This document shows, one piece after another, positions 62,298 to 64,000 of a stretch of 64,000 nucleotides of DNA (position 1 is the stretch's first letter; each line of letters opens with the position of its first letter). The notes beneath the pieces were generated by a model. It saw only the letters and a program-made list of their open reading frames with translations, was not told where the DNA came from and did not search any database. This DNA comes from an uncultured delta proteobacterium (GTDB lineage Bacteria; Myxococcota_A; Polyangia; Polyangiales; Houyiibacteriaceae): NCBI GenBank assembly GCA_963699755.1, contig CAVOVB010000007.1, positions 96,001-160,000 on the forward strand, in the 5' to 3' direction. A program made the translations under genes and the position numbers.

Positions 62298-63313
62298 AGC
62301 GACGGCGAATCATCGTTCTGGTGCATGAAAGCCTCATTCCTCCCCAAGACGTCAGCGATCTGACCGATGAGCAGATCGCACCGTTCAAAACGGAATTCGA
62401 GGTGCGCAAGGGTCTTCGGACGCTCGGGCACGAGGTCCTGATGGTCGGTTTGAGCGATGAGCTCGCGCCCCTTCGTGCCGCGATCGAGGAATTCAAGCCG
62501 CACGTCGTCTTCAACCTTCTCGAAGAGTTCGACGGCGAGGCGATCTTCGATGCGCACGTCGTTGGCTATTTGGAGCTCCAGCGCGCTGCCTATACCGGTT
62601 GCAACCCGCGCGGGCTCCTGCTCGCGCGGGACAAGGCGCTTTCGAAGAAGGTCCTCGCCTACCACCGGATTCAGGTGCCCCGGTTCCGCGTCTTTCCGCG
62701 CTACCGAAGGATCCGGCGGCCGCAGCGCCTCGCGTTTCCGCTGATCGTGAAGTCTCTGATCGAAGAGGGGAGCTACGGAATCGCCCAAGCTTCTGTCGTT
62801 CATACCGACAAGGCCCTCGAGGAAAGGGTGTCATTCATTCACGAGAAGATCCTCACGGACGCGGTCGTCGAGCAGTATATCGAAGGCCGTGAGCTCTACG
62901 TCTCGGTGCTCGGAAACCATCGTCTGCAAGTACTTCCGACCTGGGAGATCTTCCTCGACAAGCTTCCCGACGACGCTGCCAAGATTGCGACCCGCAAGGT
63001 CAAGTGGGACCTCGAGTACCAGCAGAAGCATGGCGTTCGGATCGGGCGAGCCAAAGGGCTCTCAGAGGAGATGGAACGTCGAATCGCCCGGCTGTCGCGA
63101 CGCATTTCCCGGAGCCTCGGCACCGACGGCTGCGTCCGAATCGACTTTCGACTCGACGAGTCGGGCGAGCTGTACTTCTTGGAAGCCAACCCCAACCCCG
63201 ACATCGGCGAGTTCGAAGAGTTCGCGAGCGCCGCCAAGGCAGCCGGAATGGGCTACCCGCAGCTCTTGCAGAAGATCGTCAACCTGGGGATCCTCCGCGC
63301 CGAGCGAGGCTGA
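62282..63313 (+). CDS. ATP-grasp ligase, D-Ala-D-Ala ligase-like
   Basis: YTG, DKALSK, FPLIVK, EGSYGI, EQYIEGRE, RIDFR, LEANPNP. Confidence 0.85.
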   Translation: MASTLKRRRIIVLVHESLIPPQDVSDLTDEQIAPFKTEFEVRKGLRTLGHEVLMVGLSDELAPLRAAIEEFKPHVVFNLLEEFDGEAIFDAHVVGYLELQRAAYTGCNPRGLLLARDKALSKKVLAYHRIQVPRFRVFPRYRRIRRPQRLAFPLIVKSLIEEGSYGIAQASVVHTDKALEERVSFIHEKILTDAVVEQYIEGRELYVSVLGNHRLQVLPTWEIFLDKLPDDAAKIATRKVKWDLEYQQKHGVRIGRAKGLSEEMERRIARLSRRISRSLGTDGCVRIDFRLDESGELYFLEANPNPDIGEFEEFASAAKAAGMGYPQLLQKIVNLGILRAERG

Positions 63314-63334
63314 CCCCCGAGGCTCGATAGATCG

Positions 63335-63829
63335 CTATTGCGGATACATCTCGTGCAGGTACGAGCGGAAGCAGTCCGCCTCTGCGCGGGTCCAGTAGCC
63401 CCCTGTGACCGGCATCCGGATCGACCCGATAGGCCGCTCCGTGACCTCCGACAGCATCAGGCTGCAGTCGGGATCGAGATCGTCCACTACGTCGTACCCG
63501 GGTGTCTCGCCCGGAACCGTCAGGGCAGAAAGCGCAGCTTCGACCGAACCCGACAGGTTCATCGTCCAACTCGTTGCCGCCGGCGCACTGTGGCAGCCGC
63601 CCGCCGCACAGGTATCGAGCTTCGCGCGAAGCGCGGAGTCGTCCTGCATCGAGTAGCCCGGCAAATCACAGGATGGTGCAGCGACGTCCGGATTGTCGCA
63701 GTACACGAGGTTCAAGCTGAAGGGCTCGCCCGTGTCGCTTTCCCCGCAGGCTGCGAGAACCGAGCCACAGGCCACCAACACCATGAATCGCAGCAAGTTC
63801 GTCCGTGTGTAAGACATTTTCTTGGTCAC
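63335..63829 (-). CDS. Cys-rich lipoprotein with CxxxxCH possible heme-attachment motif
   Basis: LAAC lipobox; TCAAGGCH; downstream RMP. Confidence 0.55.
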   Translation of the reverse strand: MTKKMSYTRTNLLRFMVLVACGSVLAACGESDTGEPFSLNLVYCDNPDVAAPSCDLPGYSMQDDSALRAKLDTCAAGGCHSAPAATSWTMNLSGSVEAALSALTVPGETPGYDVVDDLDPDCSLMLSEVTERPIGSIRMPVTGGYWTRAEADCFRSYLHEMYPQ

Positions 63830-64000
63830 TCCTAATAAAAATTTCTGTTGAGGCTCTAATGATGAGGGAAAGAAACCCCTTCTCCAAAGGAAAAATTCAC
63901 CCCCACTTTCTCGTTTGATCTTCGCAGACTAGAAACAACATGCAAGTTCGATTACCAAAAAAATTGACCCTTTAGGTGCAAAATTCGACTGTATTCCATT

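Noticed and set aside
62282..63313. Housekeeping ddl or VanA-type resistance ligase
   Set aside because: It lacks the Ddl N-terminal motif and any van or mur context.

Overview
GC-rich bacterial chromosomal window. Gene content (Cys-rich and EGF-repeat lipoproteins, a Hanks kinase/PP2C pair, a CsgA-like SDR, many lipid enzymes) suggests a Myxococcota-like heterotroph; this is inference. It holds about 55 genes or gene remnants, mostly for lipid, fatty-acid, ketone-body and steroid metabolism, plus three orphan TRAP solute-binding proteins. It also carries a translationally coupled SulP-DabA-DabB-NuoM-like inorganic-carbon operon, an arsenic/copper block (acr3, arsC, copA, tolC-cusB-cusA-DUF3347) and a zinc-peptidase/ATP-grasp pair. 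I saw no rRNA, tRNA, CRISPR array, integrase or transposase. The strongest unexplained signal is two small secreted-type upstream ORFs with C-terminal Pro-Pro motifs, each followed by a structured spacer in front of a transport operon. One ends ARGPPSA* before the SulP/DAB operon and the other ends HGPPLFVWNCSYLI* before the Cus operon. Both are candidate ribosome-arrest leader peptides, and the DAB-linked one is not a context I know as described. Three genes are decayed (SDR, GDPD, GH31) and cusA has a single frameshift. All product calls come from motif recognition, not database searches.
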